Positions 20,190 through 30,475 of a stretch of DNA of 64,000 bases are shown one piece after another. Origin of the DNA: Candidatus Oxydemutatoraceae bacterium (GTDB lineage: Bacteria; Pseudomonadota; Gammaproteobacteria; Poriferisulfidales; Oxydemutatoraceae); the NCBI GenBank assembly GCA_965220085.1, contig CBDCOZ010000003.1, positions 480,001 through 544,000 on the forward strand, in the 5' to 3' direction. Position numbers and translations under genes: made by a program. Numbering within the stretch: the stretch's first letter is position 1; every line of letters begins with the position of its first letter. Below the pieces are notes generated by a model. It was not told the DNA's origin and ran no database searches. It was given only the letters and a program-made list of their open reading frames with translations.

Positions 20190-20395
20190 TAAACAATCCG
20201 CAACAACTCAAAAAGCCACAAACAATTGATCGAGGACACACAAACAGTTGATGGAGCACAAACAATATAAGAAACCACAAACAACTGAGTGTTGTTTGTG
20301 CTCGTATATCGTTTGTGCCTCATTAAATTGTTGTTTGTGCTCTCATTACCGTGCCTCATTAAGTGTTGTTTGTGCCTCATTAAACGTTGTTTGCG
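20190..20395. repeat. AT-rich bipolar repeat element (CACAAACAA units facing TTGTTTGTG units)
   Basis: Centre is CACAAACAAC-TGAGT-GTTGTTTGTG. Other copies at ~21590-21795, ~24845-24932 and ~47440-47550, and inside the ubiI duplicates. Confidence 0.85.
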
Positions 20396-20578
20396 CGCAT
20401 ATTCGGGGGACACACGAATCCGAGCATGATCGGACATCCCGCAAGAACACCGCCCGCGCAAGGCATCCCCCGAACCTCGTGCCGGCGCCAAGCGCGCGCT
20501 CCTCGCCGCAGAGGCGCGGAGTCCGGGGCACAGGCGACGTACGATGCGGCGAGGGATGACGACCGGCACCCATGACCA

Positions 20579-21532
20579 TCATCGCAGCGGCCCCTCAAGG
20601 AAAACGCGCAAGCGCAAGAACAAGTTCGTCTGGCGAACGCATTCCGTCGCGTCATTCGTATTCGCCCTCGCCGGAATCATGCCCGCTCCGCAGTTGAAAA
20701 CATACCGAACCGACTCCTCCTCTTCCGGAAAGGCGTAGTCTTCTCCGAACACCTCCTCGCACAGCGGCGCGCCCCCGCTAAAAAAGCAACCGTCATGATT
20801 CATATTCGTCTCGCCCGAAGTCAGCGGGATTTCGCATTTGATCGGGGAGGTGGTGGTGGAAATAGTCCACCCTTGGCTCAGGCATGCGCTAACCGCCTCC
20901 CGCTGGGCGCGGTTCAAATCCGGCGCGGCAACGCAGTTCGGCCAGTCGCCGAAGTGCGAACCCGGATCGCAGGAGCATTCGGTTTCGCCGTTGAGGTTGT
21001 GGGCCGGCGGATAGCCGCCGGGGACTTCCCCGTCGCGGTCGCAGTTTGCGACAAAGGAACCCGGACTGGCGCTGAACCCGTCGGTTTCAAGGTTGGGGTG
21101 GTCCTCCGCCCTCGGAAAAACCGGCGGGTCGCCAAACATGGTCGCGCAAGACGGCTCCGGGACGGAGGCGTCGCGGATAATCCAGCAGTAGGGGGACGCA
21201 GAACTGCCTGTTGCGCTATAGACATCGACGGGAGTGCCGCAGATCAGCGACGGTACCGAGGGGGCTGATGCGAAAGCGCTGAGTGTTGCCCACCCCGCCT
21301 TTTCACAATCACTCACAATCTTCGCCAGATTATCGGCAACGCAACCGGTATCTCCTCCCCCCGGTTTCGTCAATCGCGTTTGCCCGTCGGAGCATGGGGT
21401 TTGCGCCTGCGCCTGACCGCAGACGGCGCACATGGCGAGCAAAACCGGCAACCAAAGGCTCCGCCGCGTCATCGCCGCGCAAATCCCGCAAATGTTAAGG
21501 GCGGCGGCGGTATTAATAATTTGTCGTTTCAT
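20579..21532 (-). CDS. Cys-rich secreted protein A2 (lacks the helical insert), C-terminal LRLRVFLEGPLR
   Basis: RBS GGAGA, signal peptide ending AQAQ, conserved Cys spacing. Confidence 0.85.
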   Translation of the reverse strand: MKRQIINTAAALNICGICAAMTRRSLWLPVLLAMCAVCGQAQAQTPCSDGQTRLTKPGGGDTGCVADNLAKIVSDCEKAGWATLSAFASAPSVPSLICGTPVDVYSATGSSASPYCWIIRDASVPEPSCATMFGDPPVFPRAEDHPNLETDGFSASPGSFVANCDRDGEVPGGYPPAHNLNGETECSCDPGSHFGDWPNCVAAPDLNRAQREAVSACLSQGWTISTTTSPIKCEIPLTSGETNMNHDGCFFSGGAPLCEEVFGEDYAFPEEEESVRYVFNCGAGMIPARANTNDATECVRQTNLFLRLRVFLEGPLR

Positions 21533-21979
21533 AGTATTTCTCCATATGGTTTGTATCTCGCGAATGCGGTTGCGCAATGAGTCGCGCCATAAACAATCCG
21601 CAACAACTCAAAAAGCCACAAACAATTGATCGAGGACACACAAACAGTTGATGGAGCACAAACAATATAAGAAACCACAAACAACTGAGTGTTGTTTGTG
21701 CTCGTATATCGTTTGTGCCTCATTAAGTGTTGTTTGTGCTCTCATTACCGTGCCTCATTAAGTGTTGTTTGTGCCTCATTAAACGTTGTTTGCGCACATA
21801 TTCGGGGGACACACGAATCCGAGCACAATCGGACATCCCGCAAGAACACCGACCGCGCAAGACATTCCCCGAACCTTGTGCCGACGCCTGTCGCGCGCTC
21901 CCCTCGCCGGCGAGGCGCCGAATCCGGGGCACAGGCGACAGACGATGCGGCGAGGGATGACGACCGGTATCCGTGACTA

Positions 21980-23284
21980 TCATCGCAACGGCCCCTCCAG
22001 AAAGACGCGCAACCGCAACAGCAGGGCCGGATCCGAATCTGGTTCCTGCTGTGCGAGAACGCATTCCGTCGCGCCATTCGTATTCGCCCCCGCCGGAGAC
22101 ATGCCCTCGCCGCAGTTAAAAACATACGGATCAATCTGCGGAATCATGTCAAACGCCGCGGTAACCAACCCGGGCAATGCCGCAAGACGCGCCGCATGAT
22201 CTATCCCGCTTGCGGAAAAATCAAAAGGAATCCCATGGTCTGTGGAGAACACTTTCTCCAGCACCGAAACGGCAATGGTTCTGTTATTATCGTCGGAGTT
22301 GGCCTCTATGTTGGCAAGCGGGCCGGCAAGATAGTTCGTGTCGCGGATGTATCGCGCCAGAACCGCATCCCGATAAACTCCCGCCGCGGTTTTGATATGC
22401 GCGGAATTCCCGGAGAGGTCGGCAATGGCCTTAAAGCCGTTGAAAAGCATCTCCGCCAATCCCGAAAGCATTCTGGCGGGAAAGGCGTATTCTTCTCCGA
22501 ACACCTCCTCGCACAGCGGCGTGTCCGTGCCCGTGCTCGCGATAACAAAGCAGCCGTCATAATCCGTATCTGTCTCGACCGAAGTCAGCGGGATTTCGCA
22601 TTTGACGGCGGCGGTGGCAGTGGAAATATTCCACCCTTGGCTCGGGCATGCGCGAACCGCCTCCCGCTGGGCGCGGGTCAAATCCGGCGCGGCAACGCAG
22701 TCCGGCCATGCGCCGATGTGCGAGTCCAAATCGCAGGAACATTCGTATTCGCCGTTGAGGTTGTGGTCCGGCGGATAGCCGCCGGGGACGGTCCCATCGA
22801 GGTCGCAGTTTGCGGCAAAGATAATTGGGCCGGCGGTGACCCCGTCGGTTTCAACATTGGGGTGGTCCGATGCTTTTGGAAACCTCGGCGGGACGCCAAA
22901 CATGTCCGCGCAAGAAGGATCGCTGGCGGCAGTGCCGCGGAGAATCCAGCAAAATGTTGCGGTGGCTCTGTTGTGTAGGTTGGAGGGAATGCCGCAGACC
23001 ACCCACGGGCTTGAGGGCGCTGTTGTGGGAGCATCGAGTCCTAACCAGCCCGCTTTCTCACAATCCTCCATAATCGCCAGCGCGTCATCGGGAACGCAAC
23101 CGGGTTCATCGGGAACGGGATCCCCCCATACTTTCGTCAATAGCGTTTGCCCTTCGGGGCATGTGGTTTGCGCCTGCGCTGATGCGCTGTTCGCGGCGAA
23201 CGCGCAAGTCAATACGAGCATCATCGCCGCGCAAATCCCGCGCGTTTTAAGGGCGGCGGCAGTATTAATAATTTGTCGTTTCAT
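21980..23284 (-). CDS. Cys-rich secreted protein A3, C-terminal LRLRVFLEGPLR
   Basis: Start MKRQIINT with RBS; paralog of A1, A2, A4 and A5. Confidence 0.85.
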   Translation of the reverse strand: MKRQIINTAAALKTRGICAAMMLVLTCAFAANSASAQAQTTCPEGQTLLTKVWGDPVPDEPGCVPDDALAIMEDCEKAGWLGLDAPTTAPSSPWVVCGIPSNLHNRATATFCWILRGTAASDPSCADMFGVPPRFPKASDHPNVETDGVTAGPIIFAANCDLDGTVPGGYPPDHNLNGEYECSCDLDSHIGAWPDCVAAPDLTRAQREAVRACPSQGWNISTATAAVKCEIPLTSVETDTDYDGCFVIASTGTDTPLCEEVFGEEYAFPARMLSGLAEMLFNGFKAIADLSGNSAHIKTAAGVYRDAVLARYIRDTNYLAGPLANIEANSDDNNRTIAVSVLEKVFSTDHGIPFDFSASGIDHAARLAALPGLVTAAFDMIPQIDPYVFNCGEGMSPAGANTNGATECVLAQQEPDSDPALLLRLRVFLEGPLR

Positions 23285-23539
23285 AGCATTTCTCCATATG
23301 GTTTGTATCTCGTGAATATAGTTGCGCAATAAGTCGCGCCATAAACAATCCGCAAACAGTTCTAGGGGACACATGAATCCGGGCATAATCGGACATCCCG
23401 CAGGAAGACCGCCCGCGCAAGGCATCCCCCGAACCTCGTGCCGGCGCCAAGCGCGCGCTCCCCTTGCCGCAGAGGCGCGGAGTCCGGGGCACAGGCGACG
23501 TACGATGCGGCGAGGGATGGCGACCGGCACCCATGACCA

Positions 23540-24790
23540 TCATCGCAACGGCCCCTCCAGAAAGACGCGCAAGCGCAAGAACAAGTTCGTCTGGCGAACG
23601 CATTCCGTCGCGCCATTCGTATTCGCCCTCGCCGGAATCATGCCCGCCCCGCAGTTGAAAACATACGGCTCCCGAACCGGAATCTCCTCAAACGCCGCCC
23701 TGATAGCCTCCATAAGTTTCGCATCGGTGTTCGCCTCGCCCGGCGAAAAGGGAATCCCGTTGTCCTGAAACACTTCCGCCAAAAGAAATTTGCCGCCAAT
23801 CGCGGTGCGCAAACTGCCGCGGTGACTGATGGCCCCGTCAATGTAGTTTGATTCGCCGCGGTATCGCCCCAAAACCGCATCCGCATAAGCCGCCGCCGCA
23901 GCGCCATAAGTGTCGGTTTGCAGATCCCCTACGTTCCGAAAGCCGTCAACAAGACCTTGCGCCAGCGGCGACAGAGCCGCCGGAAAGGCGTATTCCGCTC
24001 CGAACACCTCATCGCACAACGGCGTACCCCCGCTAAAAAAGCAACCGTCATGACTCATCCCATCCGTTCCGCCCGAAGTCAGCGGGATTTCGCATTTGAT
24101 CGGGGAAGTAGTGGTGGAAACAGTCCACCCTTGGCTCAGGCATGCGCTAACCGCCTCCCGCTGGGCGCGGTTCAAATCCGGCGCGGCAACGCAGTCCGGC
24201 CATGCGCCGATGTGCGAGTCCAAATCGCAGGAGCATTCATACTCGCCGTCTATGTTTTTGTCGGGCGGATAGCCGCCGGGGACCGCGCCGTTGCGGTCGC
24301 AGTTTGCGACAAAGACATTCGGACTGGTGCTGACCCCGTCGGTCTGAACATTGGGATGGTCCGCCGTCCTCGGAAACACCGGCGGGTCGCCAAACATGTT
24401 CACGCAAGACGGCTCCCGGATGGAAGCGCCGCGGAGAATCCAGCAAGATGTCGCGCCTGTAAAGCCTGTTTCGTTAAAGAGTTGGGAGGGAAGGCCGCAG
24501 ACCACCCACTTCAATGAGGGCGTTGTTGTGCCGGCGTTGAGTCCTAACCATCCCGCCTCCTCACAATCCTCCATAATCGCCACCGCGTCATCGGGAACGC
24601 AACCGGTATCGGAAACGCCGCCGCCAAATGATTTCGAGAGTCGCGTTTCCCCTTCGTTGGGGCATGGTTCGGTTTGCGCCGACGCGTTGTTCGCGGCGAA
24701 AGCGCAAGCGCACATCATCGTCGCGCAGATCCCATAAATTTTAAGGGGGGCGGCGGTATTAATAATTTGTCGTTTCATAGTTCGTTTCAT
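23540..24790 (-). CDS. Cys-rich secreted protein A4, C-terminal LRLRVFLEGPLR
   Basis: Start MKRTMKRQ with RBS; signal peptide ...AFAANNASAQ. Confidence 0.85.
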   Translation of the reverse strand: MKRTMKRQIINTAAPLKIYGICATMMCACAFAANNASAQTEPCPNEGETRLSKSFGGGVSDTGCVPDDAVAIMEDCEEAGWLGLNAGTTTPSLKWVVCGLPSQLFNETGFTGATSCWILRGASIREPSCVNMFGDPPVFPRTADHPNVQTDGVSTSPNVFVANCDRNGAVPGGYPPDKNIDGEYECSCDLDSHIGAWPDCVAAPDLNRAQREAVSACLSQGWTVSTTTSPIKCEIPLTSGGTDGMSHDGCFFSGGTPLCDEVFGAEYAFPAALSPLAQGLVDGFRNVGDLQTDTYGAAAAAYADAVLGRYRGESNYIDGAISHRGSLRTAIGGKFLLAEVFQDNGIPFSPGEANTDAKLMEAIRAAFEEIPVREPYVFNCGAGMIPARANTNGATECVRQTNLFLRLRVFLEGPLR

Positions 24791-25115
24791 AGTATTTCTC
24801 CGATGGTTTGTATCTCGCGAATGCGGTTGCGCAATGAGTCGCGCCATAAACGATTCGCAAACAATTGATGGAGCACAAACAACCGAGTGTTGTTTGTGCT
24901 CTTATTACCGCGCCTCATTAAAATGTTGTTTGCGCGGATTCCAAGGGGCAAACGAATCCGAGCGTCATCGGATCTCCCGCGCGAAGACTGACCGCGCAAG
25001 CCATCCCCTAATCCTCGCGCCGGCGCCAAGCGCGCGCGCCCCTCGCGAGAGAGGCGCGGAGTCCGAGCCGCGGGCGACGAACGATGCGAAGGATGGCGAG
25101 CGGTATCCATTGCCG

Positions 25116-26381
25116 TCATCGCAGCGGGCCCTCCAGAAAGACGCGCAGCCGCAAGAACAAGTTCGTCTGGCGAACGCATTCCGTCGCGCCATTCGTATTC
25201 GCGCTCGCCGGAGCCATGCCCGGCCCGCAGTTGAAAACATACGGCTCAATCTGCGGAATCATGTCAAACGTCGCCCGGATGAGCGCGATAAGACTCTCAT
25301 TGTCGTCCGTCGCGTCGGCCAGCGAAAAGGGAATCCCGTTGGCCCGGAATACTTCTATCAAAACGAATCCGCCGTTGACGAACTCGGCTTTCAATTGTCT
25401 TCGGTGATCGCCGATGGCTCCGTTAATATAGCCATCCTCGCGGCGGTAGCGCCCCAAAACCGCGTCCGCATAAGCCGCCGCCGCCGCGGCAATGGCGCCG
25501 GCGCGCAGAGTATCTATGAGCCGAAAGCCGTCGACAAGACCTTGCACCTGCGGCGGCAGAGAATCCGGAAAGGCATATTCCGCTCCGAACGCATCGGCGC
25601 ACAACGGCGCGCCCCCGCTAAAAAAGCAACCGGGATACTTCGTCCCGTCGCCCGAAATCAGCGGAATCTCGCATTGGATAGGGGAGGTGGTGGTGGAAAT
25701 AGTCCACCCCTGATTCGTGCATGCGCGAACCGCCTCCCGCTGGGCGCGGGTCAGAGTCGGCGCGGCAACGCAGTCCGGCCATTCGCCGATGTGCGAGTTC
25801 AAATCGCAGGAACATTCGGTTGCGCCGCCTATGTTGTGGGTCGGCGGATAGCCGCCGGGGACGGCCCCATCACGATTGCAGTTTGCCACAAAGGCCCCCG
25901 GACTAGGGGTGCTCCCGTCGGTGTTGAGATTGGGGTGGTCCGCCGCTTTCGGAAAAACCGGCGGGTTGCCATACATGTTCGCGCAATTCAGCAGACGGAA
26001 AGAGTCGCCGCGGATAATCCAGCAGAAGGGAGATGCCTCACTGCCTGTTTCGGTATAGAGTTGGGAGGGAATGCCGCAGGTCACAAACTGTGCATTGGGT
26101 TCTGTTGTGGTAGTGTCGAGTCCCGCCCACCCTGCTTTCTCGCAATCCCTCATAATCGCCACCGCGTCATTAGGAACGCAACCGGTATCATCGGGAACGC
26201 CAAAGCCAATTTCTTTCGTCAATCGCGTTTGCCCTGCGGGGCATTCGGCTTGCGTTTGCGCCGATGCGCTGTTCGCGGCGAATGCGCAAGCGAGCATCAT
26301 CGCCGCGCAGATTGCATAGAGGCGCGGAGCCCGAGCCACGGGCGACGGGCGATGCGAAGGATGACGACCGATACCCATCAT
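25116..26381 (-). CDS. Cys-rich secreted protein A5, translationally coupled to B1, C-terminal LRLRVFLEGPLR
   Basis: ATGA overlap with the B1 stop; signal peptide ...AFAANSASAQ. Confidence 0.85.
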   Translation of the reverse strand: MMGIGRHPSHRPSPVARAPRLYAICAAMMLACAFAANSASAQTQAECPAGQTRLTKEIGFGVPDDTGCVPNDAVAIMRDCEKAGWAGLDTTTTEPNAQFVTCGIPSQLYTETGSEASPFCWIIRGDSFRLLNCANMYGNPPVFPKAADHPNLNTDGSTPSPGAFVANCNRDGAVPGGYPPTHNIGGATECSCDLNSHIGEWPDCVAAPTLTRAQREAVRACTNQGWTISTTTSPIQCEIPLISGDGTKYPGCFFSGGAPLCADAFGAEYAFPDSLPPQVQGLVDGFRLIDTLRAGAIAAAAAAYADAVLGRYRREDGYINGAIGDHRRQLKAEFVNGGFVLIEVFRANGIPFSLADATDDNESLIALIRATFDMIPQIEPYVFNCGPGMAPASANTNGATECVRQTNLFLRLRVFLEGPLR

Positions 26382-28030
26382 CGCAGCGGTCCCTCCAGAA
26401 AGACGCGCAACCGCAACCGCAGGCTGTCTCCCAAGTCTATGCGCATCGTGGCGGCGGCGCTGCTCTCTATGCCATCGCTGACGGTGAATCGAAACGAGGC
26501 ATAGTTTTGCGCAGGCTCGGTGCCATCGGCATCTTGATAGTAGGTGAGCGTGGGGATGTCGGACACATCCACTACGTTGTTTTGGCCCGAGCCGGATGTC
26601 ACCAGCGCGTCGCCGTCTATCAACAGTGTGCCTTTGTTCGGCGCGCCGGTAATCGTGATGCTTGCCAGAGCGCCGCCGTCCGCATCGGCAAAGCGGAAGT
26701 CGCTCGCCTTAAACGCATAGGGAGCCGCTGCGGTGGTTGAAGTAGACACGAGCACCGTGCTGGGCAAAGCCCTCGGCGCGGCATTGATGCGCACCGAGGC
26801 GCCGCAGAGCGGGCCCTCGCGTCTCGGGGTGGCGTGGTGGTCCATAAAGGCGGCGCAGGCGCGTATGTGCCTGCCCGCCCGGGCCTGGGCCTGGGTCAGG
26901 ACGAAGGCGGCGGCGGTGGCGCCCGCTATGTTGGCAAAGCCGCCGGAGGCGCTGGCGGATTGTTGCCACTGCCAGGTCAATGTGCTCTCGTCTATGCCGT
27001 TGGGCTCCGCTATGCCATGGATGCGGGCCCGCAATTCGCTGCCCTCGGCGTAGACGGAGGCCAAGACAACATTGGGTACGCTTACCTGGGGCCCGCCGGC
27101 GGCGGCGGCCTGTTCCGCTTGCGCCAGACGGATGCGGGCGAAGCCGCTTCTGGCGCTGGTCTTGTCGGCGGCGGGGTCGCCGCCCGGGCCGTCGCCATCG
27201 TCCGTCACCAGGAATCCGAACCTGCCATAGACGACCTCCAAATCGTCGACGGGGGACGGTTGCTGTCCCGATGCCGGCCAGTAAGCGAGGGCGCCGGCCT
27301 CCAGTTGCGCCGCTGTGACGGTCGTGGGGACGGTGGCGGAGGTCAGGGCGTTGCCACTCAGGGTCAGGGTGCCCGCGCTCATGCCCAGACTGTCTATGGG
27401 CAGGTTTCTCACCATGATGGCGGCCAGACTGTCGTCATCGTCATCGTCGAATGTAAAGTCTTGCGGGCGGAACTTATAGGGGGCGCTTTCGTTGGCGCCG
27501 ACGGACACTGAGATTCTGGAGTCCACCACCACCGGCGCATCGTTGGTGTTGGCGACCGGCTCGGTGGTGAGGCAGAGATTTTCCCGGTTGCCGTCGTCAT
27601 CGTCGAACATGGCGCAGACGCGGATGCGACTGCCCACATGCTCCTGGCGGGGAGTCCAGGTGGCATCGGTGTTGTCTTCTATGATGGCGAAGTTCCCGTC
27701 GCCCTGGTTGTCGTGACTCCATTGCCAACTTATGGTCGATCCGAGATTGTCGACGCCATCGGGGTCTTCTATGTCCAGAGCGCGCAATGTCACGGTGCTG
27801 TCCTCAGGCGGCGCGCCGGTCAGTTCGGTCCCGAGAGAGACGAGCCTCAGCACGCCGGTGGCGTTCTGCGCCTGCGCCTGGGCGCACAGCGCAAGCAGCG
27901 CGAACAAGGCCGGCAGGATGAGCGGGCGGAGGCTGCGCGCCATCGTTGCCCGTCGGCGCAGGGCGAGCGCTCGGAAGCCGCGCCTGCCGAATGCGGCGCG
28001 GCGGCGGGAAATTAAACTTGTCGTTTTCAT
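26378..28030 (-). CDS. Modular adhesin-like protein B1 (Ig-like X / cadherin-like Y modules, XYXY)
   Basis: X: DPDG..WQW..HVGSRIRVC. Y: NDAP..F.PQDFTFDDDD..GTL..F.F.V.D. RBS AGGAGA. Ends LRLRVFLEGPLR. Confidence 0.85.
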   Translation of the reverse strand: MKTTSLISRRRAAFGRRGFRALALRRRATMARSLRPLILPALFALLALCAQAQAQNATGVLRLVSLGTELTGAPPEDSTVTLRALDIEDPDGVDNLGSTISWQWSHDNQGDGNFAIIEDNTDATWTPRQEHVGSRIRVCAMFDDDDGNRENLCLTTEPVANTNDAPVVVDSRISVSVGANESAPYKFRPQDFTFDDDDDDSLAAIMVRNLPIDSLGMSAGTLTLSGNALTSATVPTTVTAAQLEAGALAYWPASGQQPSPVDDLEVVYGRFGFLVTDDGDGPGGDPAADKTSARSGFARIRLAQAEQAAAAGGPQVSVPNVVLASVYAEGSELRARIHGIAEPNGIDESTLTWQWQQSASASGGFANIAGATAAAFVLTQAQARAGRHIRACAAFMDHHATPRREGPLCGASVRINAAPRALPSTVLVSTSTTAAAPYAFKASDFRFADADGGALASITITGAPNKGTLLIDGDALVTSGSGQNNVVDVSDIPTLTYYQDADGTEPAQNYASFRFTVSDGIESSAAATMRIDLGDSLRLRLRVFLEGPLR

Positions 28031-28041
28031 GGCATTTTCTC

Positions 28042-28416
28042 CTATGACAGTCTGTGCGCGGTCGGCGGCCATTCCGCCATAAGCGCGAATCGTTTTGCAA
28101 GCGCCTTGGGCGCTTGTCTTGCGGGCGGCGGCGCAAGTCGCGCCGGCTTGAGTCCTGACCATCCCTTGTCCTCGCAATCCCTCAGAATCTTTAGCGCGTC
28201 ATCGGCTACGCAACCGGTATCGGAAACGCCAAAGCCAAAGACTTTCGTCAATCGCGTTTGCCCTGCGGGGCATTCGGCTTGCGTTTGCGCCGACGCGCTG
28301 TTCGCGGCGAATGCGCAAGCGAGCATCATCGCCGCGCAGATTGCACAGAGGCGCGGAGCCCGAGCCACGGGCGACGGACGATGCGAAGGATGGCGAGCGG
28401 TATCCATTGCTGTCAT
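28042..28416 (-). other. Truncated N-terminal fragment of an A-family gene, coupled to the B2 stop
   Basis: CAAMMLACAFAANSASAQTQAECPAGQTRLTK...CEDKGW, then similarity to A proteins ends. Confidence 0.75.
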
Positions 28417-30101
28417 CGCAACGGCCCCTCCAGAAAGACGCGCAAGCGCAACCGCAGGCTGTCCCCCAAGTCTATGCGCATCGTGGCGGCGGCGCTGCTC
28501 TCTATGCCATCGCTGACGGTGAATCGAAACGAGGCATAGTTTTGCGCAGGCTCGGTGCCATCGGCATCCTGATAATAGGTGATCGCGGAGATGTCGGACA
28601 CATCCACTGCGTTGTTTTGGCCCGAGCCGGATGTCACCAGCGCGTCGCCGTCTATCAACAGTGTGCCTTTGTTCGGCGCGTTGATGATAGTGACGCTTGC
28701 CAGGGCGCTGCCGTCCGCGCCGCTGCCGATGTCCGCATCGGCAAAGCGGAAGTCGCTCGCCTGAAACACATAGGGCGCCGCTGCGGTGGTCGAAGTGGAT
28801 ACGAGCACCGCGCTGTCCATGGCCCTCGGCGCGCTATTGATGCGCACCGAAGGGCTGCAGATGGGCCCCTCCGGATTCGAGAGGGCATCCATAAAGGCGG
28901 CGCAGAGGCGGATGTACATGCCCGTCTGGGCCTGGGTCAGGGTGAAGTTGTCATCGGTCGCGCCCGCTATGTCGGCAAAGGGGCCCTCGGCGCTGGCGGA
29001 CAGTTGCCATCGCCAGGCCAGGGTGCTGGTGTCTACGCCGTTGTCGTCGTTCAGTGTGTTCTGGCTGGCGAGCAGCCGGGTGCCCTGGCGGGGTTGCCGG
29101 ACGGTGACAAACTGGGTGCCGTGCTGGTTCACTATGGCCTCCCTTATTTGGGGCATGCCGATGGCGGGGGCCTGCACTGAGGATACCAGACGGATTTGCA
29201 TGCCTCTCGACCGGGCGCCGATTTTGTCGGCGTTGACATCGCCGGCCGGGCCGTCGCCATCGTCCGTAACATTGAAGAAGAAGGATGCATAGTGGGCAGT
29301 GGAGTCCGCGGGGTCGGTGGGTTGCTGGCCCGTCGGCGGGTGCCAGGTAAGGGCGCGGGCCCGCAGTTGGGCCGCTGTTACGGTCGTGGGGACGGTGCTG
29401 CTGGTCAGGGTCACGCCATTCAGGATCATGGTTCCGACAGTGCGCTGGTTGGCGCCGGGGGTCAGGGGCAGGCTGCGCACGACCGCGCTTTCCAGCATGT
29501 CGTTATCATCGTCGTCAAACGTGAAGTCCTGCGGGCGGAATGCGTAGGGGGCGCTGGCATCGGCGGCGACGCTGACCGCGACAAAGTTGCGCTTGGGCGC
29601 CGGCGCATCGTTGGTGTTGGCGACCGGCTCGGTGGTGAGGCAGAGATTTTCCCGGTTGCCGTCGTCATCGTCGAACATGGCGCAGACGCGGATGCGACTG
29701 CCCACATGCTCCTGGCGGGGAGCCCAGGAGGCCTCAGTTCTGTCTATGATGTTGTCAAATACCCCGTCGCCCTGGTTGTCGTGACTCCATTGCCAACTTA
29801 TGGTCAAGCCGATATTGTCGATGCCATCGGGATCCTCTATGTCAAAACTGCGCAATGCTATGGTTCTGTCCTCAGGCGGCGCGCCGGTCAGTTCGGCGTT
29901 GCCAGGGGGGAACGTCAGCGCGCCGGTGGCGTTCTGCGCCTGCGCTTGTGCGCACAGCGCAAACAGCGCGAGCAAGGCCGGCAGGATGAGCGAGCGGAGG
30001 CTGCGCACCATCGTTGCCCGTCGGCGCAGGGCGAGCGCTCGGAAGCCGCGCCTGCCGAATGCGGCGCGGCGGCGCAAGGGAATCAAAGTTTGTCGTTTCA
30101 T
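28413..30101 (-). CDS. Modular adhesin-like protein B2 (XYXY)
   Basis: Paralog of B1 with the same C-terminal motif. Confidence 0.85.
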   Translation of the reverse strand: MKRQTLIPLRRRAAFGRRGFRALALRRRATMVRSLRSLILPALLALFALCAQAQAQNATGALTFPPGNAELTGAPPEDRTIALRSFDIEDPDGIDNIGLTISWQWSHDNQGDGVFDNIIDRTEASWAPRQEHVGSRIRVCAMFDDDDGNRENLCLTTEPVANTNDAPAPKRNFVAVSVAADASAPYAFRPQDFTFDDDDNDMLESAVVRSLPLTPGANQRTVGTMILNGVTLTSSTVPTTVTAAQLRARALTWHPPTGQQPTDPADSTAHYASFFFNVTDDGDGPAGDVNADKIGARSRGMQIRLVSSVQAPAIGMPQIREAIVNQHGTQFVTVRQPRQGTRLLASQNTLNDDNGVDTSTLAWRWQLSASAEGPFADIAGATDDNFTLTQAQTGMYIRLCAAFMDALSNPEGPICSPSVRINSAPRAMDSAVLVSTSTTAAAPYVFQASDFRFADADIGSGADGSALASVTIINAPNKGTLLIDGDALVTSGSGQNNAVDVSDISAITYYQDADGTEPAQNYASFRFTVSDGIESSAAATMRIDLGDSLRLRLRVFLEGPLR

Positions 30102-30112
30102 GGCATTTTCTT

Positions 30113-30475
30113 CTATGACAGTCTGTGCGCGGTCGGCGGCCGTTCCGCCATCAGCGCGAATCGTTTTGCAAGCGCCTTGGGCGCTTGTCTTGCGGGCGGC
30201 GGCGCAAGTCGCGCCGGCTTGAGTCCTGACCATCCCTTGTCCTCGCAATTCCTCAGAATCTTTAGCGCGTCATCGGCTACGCAACCGGTATCGGAAACGC
30301 CAAAGCCAATGACTTTCGTCAATCGCGTTTCTCCTTCGGGGCATTCGGTTTGCGCCGACGCATGGTTCGCGGCAAATGCGCAAGCGAGCATCATTGCCGC
30401 GCAGATTGCACAGAGGCGCGGAGTCCGAACCACGGGCGACGGGCGATGCGAGGGATGACGTGTGTTTCCTATCAT
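30113..30475 (-). other. Truncated A-family N-terminal fragment, coupled to the B3 stop
   Basis: Same pattern as 28042-28416. Confidence 0.75.

Noticed and set aside
20190-21800. CRISPR-like reading of the GTTGTTTGTG repeats
   Set aside because: Units are ~20 bp, degenerate, abutting and switch orientation; there are no spacers.
24834-26504. 556-aa plus-strand ORF and similar long antisense ORFs across the array
   Set aside because: Shadows of GC-rich minus-strand genes with no recognisable motifs.
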